Shown: one piece after another, positions 11,340-25,100 of the stretch
Numbering within the stretch: position 1 is the first letter of the stretch
How the letters are laid out: each line of letters opens with the position of its first letter
Source of the DNA: Eledone cirrhosa
Taxonomy: Eukaryota
Direction of reading: 5' to 3'
Length of the DNA: 64,000 nt
NCBI GenBank assembly: GCA_964016885.1
Contig: OZ024743.1
Span: 146,878,001-146,942,000, forward strand
Position numbers and translations under genes: made by a program
Notes under the pieces: generated by a model
Told to the model about the DNA's origin: nothing
The model's input: only the letters and a program-made list of their open reading frames with translations
Database searches by the model: none

Positions 11340-14170
11340 AGGATAGGTAGTATCGGTGGAGGGTCGGATGCCTTGCTTTGCAGCATAGAGTTATGGCCTT
11401 TTACCTTCTGAGTTCCTTTTGGATTAACAGGGGCACCACGGGAAGGTACATTACATGCCCCCGAAAGGAGACTGAACATTACAACATGCTCAACACCGTG
11501 CCCAACACCTAGGGGTGGTAAAAGGATAAACCCCCGACCCCTAGATGCGAAGATGCAAAAGTTCAGAGTCATCAGCTTTAACGTTGAAGGACTGACAGCA
11601 ACAAAAATGGAATTACTCTCCAGCCTAGATGCTGATATAGTATGCCTTCAAGAGACACACAAGGAATTGGTGCCGCCAAGAATACCAGGCATGCACCTAA
11701 TTATTTCTCACCCGAGTCCAGTCCATGGAAGTGCAATATACGCACGTGACAAATTTGCTATCCAAAATAGCAGAGACCTCTCCGAGGGAGGGCTGGAGGT
11801 CCTGCAAGTAGACACAGAACACCTAAACATTGTGTCGATATATAAACCTCCACCAACCCTCTTCATATGGCCACAGTATCACCAGCTTGGTAACAAGGCA
11901 TGCCTTGTTGTTGGAGACTTTAATAGCCACCATACCACCTGGGGTTACAACCACACTAATAATGACGGGGCAGCAGTGGAGGAATGGGCCATTTACCCAC
12001 GACCTCACAATCATACACGATGCAAAAGACAATGCATACTTCCAAAGCGCACGCTGGAGGAGAGGATATAACCCCGACCTAGCTTTCATATCATCTAGAC
12101 TACCAGAATTTTGACAAATTAATTGGTGATCCAATACCCAAGTCCCAACACCGACCGATGGTCATCGAAATAAAACCTGTTATCAGACCAAGAGAGACGG
12201 TACCTAAAGCCAGGTTTAACTTCCGTAAGGCTAAATGGGAGAACTTCACATTAGACCTAGAAGCTGGGATCCCCAACATCCGTCCAAACCCACTGCAGTA
12301 TGATGACTTCCAAACACTGGTGTGGGAGGCCGCAAAGAAAAATATCTCTGATGAAAACTTTGAACCATTTAACATGGAAGAGCTTAATGCAGCTATGAAA
12401 CACCTTAAACTTGGGAAGGCAGCTGGCCTGGATGGCATCACAGTGGAGGTGATACTTCACTTTGGAGAAATGGTGAAAACGTGGCTCCTGTCACTCTTTA
12501 ACAACTGTGCATCAGCCTGTCAAATACCAAGGATATAGAGAAGAGCTAGAGTGGTGGCTCTCTTGAAGCCAGGCAAAGACCCAGCATCTCCAAAGAGCTA
12601 CCGACCAATATCCTTACTGTGCACCCTTTACAAACTATACGAGCGTCTGATCATGGCTTGCTTGTCCCCTACTGTAGAAGAACAACTATCTCCAGACCAG
12701 GCTGGCTTCCGACCTGGCCGATCATGCTGCGGTCAAGTACTGAACCTGACTCAATACATCGAAGATGGATTTGAGGCCAAACAAATTACCGGAGCAGTCT
12801 TTGTCAACCTCACAGCTGCCTACGACACCGTGAACCACAGAGCACTTCTTTTAAAGGTGGCCCAAACAGTTTGGAACACCACTGCAGTCCGCATAATTGA
12901 GTCACTGTTCATCAATCGGTGATTCTTTGTTGAGATAGATGGCAGGCGAAGTAGGTGGAGGGTCCAGAACAATGGACTCCCACAGGGCTCTGTGCTAGCT
13001 CCTATGCTGTTCAACATTTACACAAATGACCAACTGCAGTTCCATAATATTCGTAGATTCATATATGTGGATGATCTCTGCATCGCAATACAGTCAGGCT
13101 CCTTTGACACAATCGAGGACAGACTATCAAATGCCCTGACAAATCTCTCAAACGCAGGTCTGTGCCTTCCATCTTAACAACCACCAAGCAAACAGGAAAC
13201 TAAAAATCAGATGGGGGCAACAATGAACTGGAAAACCACCTTCATCCAGTTTACCATGGAGTTGCCCTTGATAGAACACTCTCCTTCAAACAACACATAG
13301 ACAAACTTAAAAGTAAACTGGCAACTAGAAATAATCTCCTCAGCAAACTAACCAACACCAGCTGGGGTGCAGATCCCATAACACTGAGGCAAACAGCACT
13401 GGCACTCTGCTACTCCACCGCAGAATATTGTTCAAACAGAGTTGACCCAGAGTTGAACAAATCATGCTGAATGATCACCAGAACATTAAAAGCAACTCCC
13501 CTTCTAGCCGTATACACTCTTGCCGGCATTCCACCGCCCCACATATGATGAGAAGTCAACACAAAAACTGAACGGTATAAACAACAACACAATCCCAGGC
13601 ATCCACTCTATGGCCTCCAGGAAATAAGAAGACGATTAAAATCTCGATAAAGCTTCTTAACTGAGGATAACCTGGAGCATGCATAATCGGCGGCTTACAG
13701 GTTGGAAAAGTGGAGGGAGAGTGACCGCTGCCCACCCAACGCGGCCTTACCAAGCCCAAATGAAAGCCTCCCCAATGGAACATCTCTTAGCAGAAAGGAC
13801 TGGGTAACCCTAAACAGGGCCAGCGCCAGAACGGGAAAAACTGGAGACAACCTCCACAAGTGGGGATTGGCCACCTGCGCTGAGTGCCCCTGCGGCGAGA
13901 CCTCCCAGGCCATAGCCCACATCCTACATGGGTGCTCACTGGGACCCACATGCTCCGACCAAGACCTGATGGAAGCAAACGTCGCTGCACTTCAATGGAT
14001 ACGGCACTGGTGCGACAAGATATGGTGGTGATGACCTTCTGAGTTCAAATTTTGCTATGGTTAGCTTTGCCTTTCATCCTTATGGGGTTGATAAAATAAA
14101 GTACCAGTAATGCACTGGAGTTGATTTAATCGACTTTCCCCTCTGCCAAAATTGTTGACCTTGTGCCTGA
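11340..14170 (+). mobile_element. tRNA-derived SINE split by the Vingi-like LINE (head 11340-11415, body 14047-14170)
   Basis: The head ends ...CTTCTGAGTTC and resumes AAAT...CTTTGCCTTTCATCCTTATGGGGTTGATAAAATAAAGTACCAG, as in intact copies. Confidence 0.85.
11416..14033 (+). mobile_element. Vingi/Ingi-like LINE pseudogene (APE endonuclease, RT, C-terminal Cys/His motif) with 13-bp TSD
   Basis: EN motifs SFNVEG, CLQETH, GDFNSH, PDLAF. RT motifs KAAGLDGI, YRPISLL, QAGFRPGRS, LTAAYDTV, GLPQGSVLAP, YVDD. C-terminal LHKWG..CPCG..HILHGC. TSD ACCTTCTGAGTTC at 11403-11415 and 14034-14046. Confidence 0.85.
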
Positions 14171-14347
14171 TGGAGGATTGGCAGTATTGGTAGAGGGTTG
14201 GACGCCATTGAGTTATGGCCCTTTACGGTCTGAGTTCAAATCCCACCAAGGTTAACTTTGCCTTTCATCCACACAGGGTTAAAAAAATAAAGCACCAGTA
14301 ATGCACTGGGATAATTGTTGGCCTTGTGCCAAAAGTAGAAACAATTA
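14170..14347 (+). mobile_element. SINE, same family (GCCTTTCATCC...GATAAA core, MetaSINE-like)
   Basis: A/B-box-like head, shared core and TAGAAACAATT end. Confidence 0.8.
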
Positions 14348-14666
14348 TATATATTAAAAAAATCATAATAAAAGAAGGATGTACTATAAAAGGGATTCTG
14401 TAGAAAAATATGAGTTCATCTCAACCCCTCAACATATCAATAGACATACAATTGTTTACTTTTTATCAGACAATAATTTCAATAAATATTTAGGAACAAT
14501 TTCCCCTCTCCTTAGATATTGATACCCATTAAATTTTTTACTAATAGTAGCCGTTGGGCTGTGATCATACACAAGTAACATATACAAATGCAGACATAAG
14601 TGTGTGTTCGCGTGTGTGCACGTGTATAGATGGTGGGTATATATTTACAGACATGCATACACAGAT

Positions 14667-14702
<36 letters not shown>

Positions 14703-14804
14703 TTCTACATTGTATTGTGTCATTTTCTTTGTTATTTCAGTTTACCTTTTACATACATATATACATATATACATATATATACATATATATATATCTATAT
14801 ATCC

Positions 14805-14845
<41 letters not shown>

Positions 14846-14852
14846 TATATGT

Positions 14853-14935
<83 letters not shown>

Positions 14936-16029
14936 CGGATATACATGTACATACTCATACGTACATATGTATAGGAACTAAACTAACTAAAAAGTAGTAG
15001 GAAGTAATTATATTTTCTTTTGATCATAGAAAGACTTTGCCTTTTATTGGCAAGAAATGATTTTTAAATCTCCTTCCAGCACTTTCAGCAAATCCTAACA
15101 TTTCAATTTCTATTAATTTAAACAGACATCAAATATATTTAAAACTTCCGAATATTTGTTTTTTAAACTCTGAACTCAATAACTTAGTAAATTTCCCCTC
15201 TTAAAAAAATTTCACTTACAGTATCAACAATACCAGACCAACTAGAGACCATCATTATCATTATTTAATGTCCCTTTTCCCTGCTAACAAGTGTTGGACA
15301 GGTTGTCATCAGATCGAGTCAGTAATATTGACCTCTTAGCTGGGCCAGGTGCCTCAATTCACTTATGTATGTTCCTGCATTCTACCTGTATGTTCCCATA
15401 TGTACCCATACACTACTCAGTACATGTTATCATGGTAACAGCACTAGGAAGGTTGTCATGTCATTGACACAGCTGAAGAGTTCTCCTGATCTGTTGTTTG
15501 GCGAGTTTTGTTATAGCTGGATGCCCTTCCTATCACCAACCACTTTACAAAGTGTACTGAGTTCATTTATCAAGTAGATCACCAAAACTTGACACAACTA
15601 AAAAGTCCTCTAGGTACTTTTTGAAATAGTTTCCTAACACTAACCTCCTTACAATGTGTACTGGGCACCAGCACTTTAAAGGTTGTCAGTCATTGGCTCA
15701 ACCATATGCGTGTGCATGTGTCTGTGTAGGATGGACAGGGAAAGGGGAGAGTATGTCATGGGTGTATACCAAGTGGGATAGGATAGTAGGATTTGACAGG
15801 GTGATGAATAGGGGGGAGGGTGATCTGTATACAATTGTTTGGCCTGAAAGAAATTACAGCAAAATGGCACATTCCTGTCTTACAAACAGAAGAAATCACT
15901 AGATAATGTAGTCCTAAATATACAGAGGTGGAAGGGGGGGGGGGCATTCAGAGTTAAGAACCTCTGAGACGTTTAAATTTATAGAAAAGCAATCCCTAGA
16001 TACTGGATGCTTTGATCCTTCATCATTTA

Positions 16030-16530
16030 ACGATGAGGTTGATGCTGTTCATTATACTGTTGAATTTCTCAACAATCTGGAACTGTTCGGTATGCTACCA
16101 CATAACCTTGAATTAAAGAAGGGCACAGTCACCATACTTCTCAGAAACCTGGATCAGCCAAGATTGTGCAGTGGGTCATGTATGGTTGTGACTGAACTAC
16201 AGCCTCACTTTATGAAAGCCAAAATCCTCACTGGATGTATTAAGGGAGACATTGTATTTATACCTAGAATGCTGCTAATACTAACTGATGTGCCCTTTCA
16301 TTTAAAATGAATACAATTTGCAGTGATAGTTAGTTGCGCAATGACCATTAACAAGTCCTAATGTCAAACCCTGCAGGTTGTCGGCCTCTATCTAGAAGAG
16401 GGCTGTTTCTCACATGGTCAATTGTATGTAGGTTATTCCAGACAAGAAAGACACCACAAACTCTCCATATTTGCTCAAAAAGAAAAAAAAAGAATTGTTT
16501 AAAATATTATATATACTGAAATTCTGTAAA
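16030..16530 (+). pseudogene. Helitron Pif1-family helicase C-terminal remnant
   Basis: PHNLELKKG..ILLRNLDQPRLCSG..VFIPR..PF..*IQF....AMTINKS*..L..VGLYL...CFSHGQLYV..SR, with stops. Confidence 0.85.
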
Positions 16531-18686
16531 TGTTTTATAATGTTCGTAGAATACATTTTTCTATTATTTTCTTTATTACCTTTTGTATTTAGATAATCTG
16601 AATAAATAAAAAAAATTGTTATGCAATATTTAATTACCTTTTAACATCTTTTATTCTAAGGAAAATTGACATTATGACAGATGACAAAAGGTGCCTCATG
16701 ACTAGATTTCAGCACAGTACAGACTGGAGCGAAGTCTGCTACTGTCTTAATAAAAAAAAAAAGATGAAATGGTCACACAATCCATCATTAGTACCACTAT
16801 ACTATCAATGGCCCAACCATTCATACAAAGAAGCCTCAATGCATTTTAATCATGCTGCTAGAAACAGCAGTCAAATCCTCCTTAAATCATACCTTACTGT
16901 CTAAAATATAGAAAATACAGTCCTAGGCATGCTTCAAATAAGATATGTTGGTCATGATTGGAACATCTTTGATCATAAGTTGCTTTGACCACAGTTGATC
17001 TAGTACTAAACAACTATAACTACATTTCCATAGTAACATCAATATTACTATAAACATCTCAACTAAGAAGCCCCAGCACTAGTTTTCATAACTAGGCAAT
17101 CAACTATGAGGCCTCTACATGATCATTTAACTTGCAAGAAATAACTACAATACCAAAACTGGTACAAAACTACCTGAAACCATCTTTAGTTCTACAATAC
17201 AAAACCTTTTGTTTCAGAGTGCTTATATTTATCTAATAACCTTCTATCATATTTTTGGTTATGTTATTAAATCCCACTAAGTCTTGATTATTTTTTAAAT
17301 GATTTGAAAATCATAGGTAGTACGTTTTATTAGAAACATCGTAATGAAAGAGTTAAATAAATAAATAAAGAGTTAAATAAAACCGACTGGACAACAAATA
17401 AAAACTCAACATGATTACACTTCCACTACCACAATGTACACTATGTGTTGGTGCCCATTGTGTGATCTACAAATAGGCAGAGGTATGATATAACTGGAAT
17501 AATGGATCAGGGGGTTGCACCAAATTGTCTGATTGACTATTTTGCAAACTAAGGGAGAAGTATCTACTCAATAACTCAACATACTAGAAATAGCAGCCAA
17601 GTGTCTCTGAAATCACTGTCTATTTCCTTTAAAAAAGTGGCTTTTTAATAATTTAATTCCATATTTATATTAAGAGAGGATTATGACAACTGGAATGCTT
17701 TTTATCATAGGTATATTGCTCAATCAGGGAAGACATGGCACCTGAACACCATCAAATTTACACACTATAAATTAGCACATCTAGAGCTGACCTTGGACTT
17801 AATAACAATGACAATACCAATAATATTATCCTTTTCCTCTATAGTTAAAAAAGAAATATAATCTCTTCCATCTCACCCAAAAGGTTCGACAAACAAGCAA
17901 ACTTTTTCATTAAAAATGTATAGGTCTTTTAGGCATTTGGCATCAGTTTATCTTTGAGAATGAAATATTTAATTCAGAAGTTGTGTTCCCAGGTGATAAT
18001 ATACCTCACAACATCTATTGAGGCTTGGCAGATCAAACGAACCAAGTCTTCACTGAGATGAAATTATAACAATAAACATATATAACAACAATAATTTATG
18101 TTACAACACAGTCAAAGTGTAATGTGACTGTGTCAGTAAAGCTCCCTGTTGATAACTGAATGATCCAATGTTTGTTTACCTTTATAGTTGTTGCTGTTGT
18201 TGTTTAACTTCAAGCCAACTTTGATTGAGTAGACATATAATTGTTTCTACTTTAGGCACAAGGCCAGCAATTATCCAGTGCATTACTGGTACTTTATTTT
18301 ATCGACCCCGTAAGGATGAAAGGCAAAAGGCATTGCAACCCTGACAATCCTGTTTTTTTTCTTATGAGCACGGGACCTAGAACTACACTATCCAGCATGT
18401 ACATTAACGTTATAGGATGTGATATGATGGAGACTTCACTGCTGTTTCTAATAAGTAAAGTCATCATGCATAGGCTCACTCCCCAGTTGTATTTGTTTGT
18501 CCTATGAAATTGAAGTTACATTTTTCTATGGATAAATAGCTACCATATCATAAAATGATGATGATGCTGATGATGAAAGAAATGTACTTTATTACAGGTG
18601 GTGGTGATAGTTGACCAATGTGTAACAGGATATTTTTGGTAGCTTGTAATGTTGAATTTTCTTCATCAGACAGTTATTAGTGCTAG

Positions 18687-18861
18687 AGTATCGGTAGAGG
18701 GTCGGACACCATGCTTTGATGTATAGAGTTACGGCCCTTGCCATTCTGAGTTCAAATCCCGCCGAGGTTAACTTTGCCTTTCATCCTTACGGGGTCGATA
18801 AAATAAAGTACCAGTAATGTACTGGGTAATTGCTGGCCCTGTGCCAAAAGTAGAAACAATT
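18687..18861 (+). mobile_element. SINE, same family, with ~12-bp TSD
   Basis: ATTAGTGCTAGA flanks both ends. Confidence 0.85.
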
Positions 18862-20390
18862 AGTGCTAGATCAAAAGAGAATGTTGGCATCTTATACAAC
18901 ATTAACAAAAACTTTTATCAAAACAACAACAATAATGATTTCTACTTTAGGCACAAGATTAGTAAGTTTTAGGGAGAGGAGAGTTGATTAAATTAATCCC
19001 AATGTTGAATGAAGTGGTACTTTATTTTAGTGACCCCAGAAAGATAAAAGGCAAAGCTGCTCTTGGCAGCATTTGAACACAGAATGCAGATATATGACTG
19101 AATGTCGTTAAGCATTTAATGATTCTGTTAATCCAATAATAATGGGAATCATGTAATATGTACTTCCTTTTTAAGACAGTAGAGAGTTATGTCAGAAAGA
19201 TTTAGTTACTATATCTTGTATTCACATGACCACAGATCTACATACTGTAAAAGAAGAAAAGATGTTCATATCTAGAATGCATTTGATCATAGGACTGCTG
19301 GATAAGGGTTGACCTGGAATCAAGCAACAACAGCAACTACAACAATAATCAGTGTAATATTAGTAATGTGTTTTGAAATCAGGTTAAACTCCCAGATGTT
19401 AGTAAATGCCATCACTCATTGTCAAAACCTTATCTAGGTGATGGTGGTGGTGATAATGTGGGGAATCAATCTCTTGCAGATGTTTAAATGAAATGAAAGA
19501 GTATTTCACTTTCTTATTATGCTATTGGTAACAATATTGATATAACTGTGGATATTTATAAACATTTAACAGCAAAAAACTGTCACGTTACAAAGACTTT
19601 CTGCTAAATCATTTTTTAGTAACCTTTAAAGTTTCTCAGATTTTAATTGTATTTTATCCTGAGACTGTCAGCTATGTTCTAATACAATAATAATTCTAGT
19701 GTCATAACTAGATTCTTGACTCAAGTTTCATGTAGTTGTTATTATTGTTGTGTAACTCTAGTAAACTCTTGACAGAGACATTATTGCCAATTAAATACTT
19801 TGAGCTGTTCTACTAATTGAAAATACAAAACATACTCTAGTTATCACATTTTAATATACATTGTAATACTTATTTTACTGACCCCAGAATACTGAAAGGT
19901 TAATTTGAGTATCTAATAAGGTAGTGATCATCGTCATCATTTGTGTGTTTTCCATACTATTATGAATTGGAGAAGTTGTTACAATCCAAGTCAATTCTAA
20001 TTCTGAGCTACTGTCCTCCAAGAAGGCTCAAACGATTATACCTTGATTGTACACTCCCTTATGCCATGCTTTCTATGGAAGGGTTCATTTTATCATGGCC
20101 CCCAGAGAGGTTATTATGTACTTGGAAAGACTGAAGAGTCTTCTCTACCATATATTGTTTTCATAAAGCCCTTTATATAAGTAAATTCAATGCAATTCAT
20201 TTTTTTTTCGTCTTATGAGTAATGAATATAATATTATCATATATTATATTATACTGCCTTATATTATATTATCATGTCTAGAATTGACAGAAAAATTGAA
20301 CCGAATCTTAAACTACTGGAAAGATGGCAATCTTTATTATGAATTGTTTACAAGAGAGAGAGAGAGAGAGTGGGAGAGAGATAGAGATAG

Positions 20391-20491
<101 letters not shown>

Positions 20492-20724
20492 AACTATCTG
20501 AACACAATTTCCTGCAGATCAAGTTTGGCTAACCTGAAATTTTAGTATCTTTTATGGTTTTGTTATATGTCACATGAATGCTTCCACATCAAAGACCATC
20601 AATTTTTGCAATTCCCTCCCACGATGAGAAATTTTTTGTCACAAACATGGGTATACAAATTTTATTTTAGTTGGCTTTCTTCAAACCTGGCACTTTCTAT
20701 TTCTGATCTCTTTCTTAAATTTCA

Positions 20725-20767
<43 letters not shown>

Positions 20768-20770
<3 letters not shown>

Positions 20771-21493
20771 GTGCAGACTGGAGAGGAATGAAGCTTGCAT
20801 GCTCTGTTGGATGTGTAATAGTAATATATGTGAACAGTAAAGCATAAATGAACTAAGTGAGAAATTAGGAATAAGAGGGATCAGATGCTGTTTACTCGAG
20901 AGAAGACTACATTGGTATGGTCACGTGATGCGCATGAAAGACAACATCTGTATAAAAAAGTGCAGGGCAATTAAAATAGACAGAAGCTATGGAGTAGGTA
21001 GACCCAGAAAAACCTGGGACGATTTGATAAATTCCGACCTTACACACTTACACCTCTCCAAGACAATGTCACTGGACCGAGATCTTTGGCGCTACACTGT
21101 AATACAGAAGACCCGCCTTGCCTAAGTACAAAGCGAAAACTACAGTCAGTAGGCACCTCCTAATCAAAAATACACCTGCACCCCACTACCCTTACCCCCA
21201 CCCCCATCTCCACCTAAAGTTATGTTGGTGCCACAACATCCAGTCCTAAATAAATGAGGTCGTGTAGGTGTCACGACAAAAAAAAAACACACAGTCCACG
21301 CTGTAATGTGGCCGTGTAGGTAACACGGTAAAAACCTCCCAGTCCACACTGTAAACGTGGTTGGTGTTAGGAAGGGCATCCAGCCGTAGAAAACCCGCCA
21401 GACAGTCCTATAAGAGCAAGACAACCAATCTTGCCTCAAGTGGGAAAATTCCCGTCCAAACCCATGCTAGCGTGGAAGATAGACGTTAAACGA

Positions 21494-21496
<3 letters not shown>
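20768..21496 (+). mobile_element. RTE LINE 3' end (same family as 2794-3932)
   Basis: GRPRKTWDDLINSDLTHLHLSKTMSLDRDLWRY and a matching 3' UTR and tail. Confidence 0.88.
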
Positions 21497-21549
<53 letters not shown>

Positions 21550-21840
21550 AAACCCATGCAAGCATGGAACACGGACGTTAAACGTTGATGATGATGATGA
21601 TGATGTGTGTGTGTGTATGTGTATATAATCTGTCCAGCTAGTGAGCTTTCTTTTTTCTCCATTCCCCTCTCTTGTTCTTTCACAACTACCTTATTTCTTT
21701 TCTTCTTGAAGAAATGCACACATACATGCACATACTTGCACATTCACACATATATGTACAAATATGATTATAACAAGTGTGTCTAAGTGTGTTTATATAT
21801 ATATGTACTGCCTCTCTGTTCTGTCCCTGTTCAATTTTTC

Positions 21841-21883
<43 letters not shown>

Positions 21884-22541
21884 TGTATTTTGTCTGTGAT
21901 TCATCTGTATTTAATTGGTTTGTATATATATGAATACTCGTATGAAGATATTTGTAAGAATTTTAATATAGATGTAGAAGCTTATATTTGCATCAGAATG
22001 GTAATGTGTCTATACACATATGCTTTCATGTCTTTACATAATTGCGTATATATATATATGTATGTTTTGCACTCATACAAGTACAAAAGGTTATGTTCAT
22101 ATGGGATTGTATTTTGATAGTCGTGAGCTTTTGTGTTTGCATATATGTATCTTTCTAAAGATGGAATGAAAATTATAGCACCTACTGTATTTGATATTCA
22201 TCTAACCTGGTATTTAGCCTCAAAGTCAATCTGTGGTCCCCAAATGGATTTGAATGGATACTAAGGTTTATCAAACAATACCTCAGAAAGCCAACTAACA
22301 ACTTTGCAACGTTTTCTATCTCTTCTTGGCTGATTTTTCTCATAGATTGACTTCAATCATCTGAAGATGCTGCTTTGATGCAGCTTTTCCTAATCATTTC
22401 TCCAAATCTTTCTTTTTATCCTCCAGCACCGAAATTAGACTGTTTTGTTGTCTTCCATTCTTCTTTGTATATATATACCTATATGTATACACAAAAAAAG
22501 CATACTTACTTATATGCATATTTTATATATATATAATTATG

Positions 22542-22663
<122 letters not shown>

Positions 22664-22843
22664 TGCGTGTATGTATATCAGTATATCATCATCACCGTCT
22701 TACGTCCATTTTTCATTTTTCCATGCTAGCATGGGTGTGCGTGTGTATGTCTATATACACACACATAAATGTGTGTATATTTATGCATAGATACATAGAT
22801 ACATAGATACATAGATACATAGATACATGGATGCACTCACATG

Positions 22844-22911
<68 letters not shown>

Positions 22912-23273
22912 CACATATATATATATATATAAAACATATATATATATACACATATATATATATGTGTGTGTATGTGTGTGTGTGAGTATCTTTTTACTTT
23001 TTAGATTTCGTTTTCTTTTCTGCTATTTTAAAATTATAAAAAATATGATGTATAAAAATTTGGAATATATTAACAACAAATATAGAAACAATTAAAAAAA
23101 ATAGATTCCAGGCCTAAATCACTGGAATGGTAAATATGATGAAAGAGCATTTTATGATTTTTTTGTCATTTCTTCCTTTTGTTTCTTCTTGTAATATTTC
23201 TTTTACTTTTCGAAAGTAAAAAAATAAGTTTTGCTGAAAGTAGCAATTTCTTATATATTATGAAATAGATATA

Positions 23274-23473
23274 NNNNNNNNNNNNNNNNNNNNNNNNNNN
23301 NNNNNNNNNNNNNNNNNNNNNNNNNNNNNNNNNNNNNNNNNNNNNNNNNNNNNNNNNNNNNNNNNNNNNNNNNNNNNNNNNNNNNNNNNNNNNNNNNNNN
23401 NNNNNNNNNNNNNNNNNNNNNNNNNNNNNNNNNNNNNNNNNNNNNNNNNNNNNNNNNNNNNNNNNNNNNNNNN
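23274..23473. other. Assembly gap (200 N)
   Basis: N run. Flanks 23213-23273 and 23474-23534 are identical. Confidence 0.99.
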
Positions 23474-24415
23474 AAAGTAAAAAAATAAGTTTTGCTGAAA
23501 GTAGCAATTTCTTATATATTATGAAATAGATATAACACCAAGCATTTCTTTTTCAAGATAACAGACATATCTTCCTGATTTCTTGGACAGTTAATTTCTC
23601 TAAAGACCTTCCTATCTTAGGAATTGTATTTATTACATTCATTTGCTTGTTGCTTTATTAAATTTTGTCTTTAATCTACTTTACTATTAATCATATTATA
23701 TATGTGTGTGTGAGCATGTGTGTGTGTATGTGTGTGTATGTGTGTGTATATATGTATATATATATATGTGTGTGTATATATATAATATTTCATTTTATTT
23801 TGTCAAAAGTTATTTTTGATAATAAAAAAACAATTCCCCTTTTAGTGATGTTTGAATCAGACAGGCAGTGCATAGCTATTTGGGTTTACATTTCTTGAAA
23901 GACAAAGTGAAATGTTGATGTAAAAATCTATGGATATTTCATAAGTTAGATTAAAACAATAAAAGCAGTATTCTTTTATTCTGCAATTCTTTTGTTAATT
24001 TATAAATAGTAAAAAATATTGGAAAATTGATTCCTAATAAAATTAAAAGTAACTCTAACCTGTATTTGTCAGGCAAAATAAAGTATTTTTACATGGTGCT
24101 ATGCTCTGGTGTCTGTTGGTTAATGAGAAAGCAATGGATTTGAAAAAATAATGATGTCATCGAGAAGGGTGGAAAAAAGTAGGGTCATCAAGAATAAACT
24201 AAGAATTCAATGTACATGTTGTCCAGATTTCTCTTGACAGAAATTTGTGTAACTATCTACATACCTTCCACTTATACACACTCTCTCTCATATATATATG
24301 AGAGAGAAAGAGGGAGAGGGAGAGGAAAGAGAGAGAGAGAAAGAAAGTATGTGTGAGTGGAGTGTAGATAGATAGTTACATATATATATATATACACACA
24401 CATATCTTTATTTTA

Positions 24416-24531
24416 TATAGAAATGACTTTTACATCTCGAGAAATGTTTCCTTCATATGAAATTATCAGGAATATCCTGATAATTTTCATATGAATAAAA
24501 CAGTTCTAGTCCTGTAGAATTCATTTCTATA
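24416..24531. repeat. Degenerate fold-back palindrome
   Basis: TTCATATGAAATTATCAGGA-ata-TCCTGATAATTTTCATATGAA core and TATAGAAATGA/TCATTTCTATA ends. Confidence 0.7.
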
Positions 24532-24534
24532 ATA

Positions 24535-24720
24535 ATTCTTCCTACTTTTGTCTCAAAGCCAGCAATTACGCCAGTGTATTACTGGTACTTTATTTTACTG
24601 ACTACATAAGGATGAAAGGCAAAGTTAACCTCGGCAAGAATTGAACTCAGACCTGAAAGGGCCGTAACTCTATGCTGCACAGCATGGCGTCCGACCTTCA
24701 ACCGATACTGCCAATCCACC
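24535..24720 (-). mobile_element. SINE, same family
   Basis: Reverse-complement copy, with TCATTTCTATAAT duplicated on both sides. Confidence 0.8.
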
Positions 24721-24749
24721 AATCATTTCTATAATCCACATTCATTTCT

Positions 24750-25100
24750 ATAATAATGCCTGTATTCTACCAATGTATCCAGTGCCTTTTTAAACTGCAG
24801 TCATTTTCCAATCCACATTGAGAAACTACGCTTTGCAAGTGCATCGAAATCCTACATTCCTGCCCGAGTTTGGCTGACGTGATTTGGCACCTCAAAGATG
24901 CACATGCCAAGTTTAATATAAAGTGGATTACTGTTAGACATGCACCGCCATATTCTCCTGGCTGGAAACACTGTTGCCTCTCCCTGGTGGAAGCGGTATA
25001 GATTATCAAATTAAAAACCAACTCGATAAGCCTGAAATCATAAATCATACTGAAATGCTGAGACTACAGAAATTACACATTGCTGGCTATATCCTTCATA
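24750..25100 (+). mobile_element. Penelope-like element GIY-YIG C-terminal remnant
   Basis: Reads SLADVIWHLKDAHAKFNIKWITVRHAPPYSPGWKHCCLSLVEAV*I, matching the PLE pattern LSxxIWxLKD..I.W.I...A.PY..G...C.LC..E. Confidence 0.6.

Noticed and set aside
11514-11540. 2A-like peptide (GGKRINPRP) in frame upstream of the Vingi-like EN
   Set aside because: It lacks D(V/I)E and has NPRP instead of NPGP. The region is better explained as an RNA hairpin.
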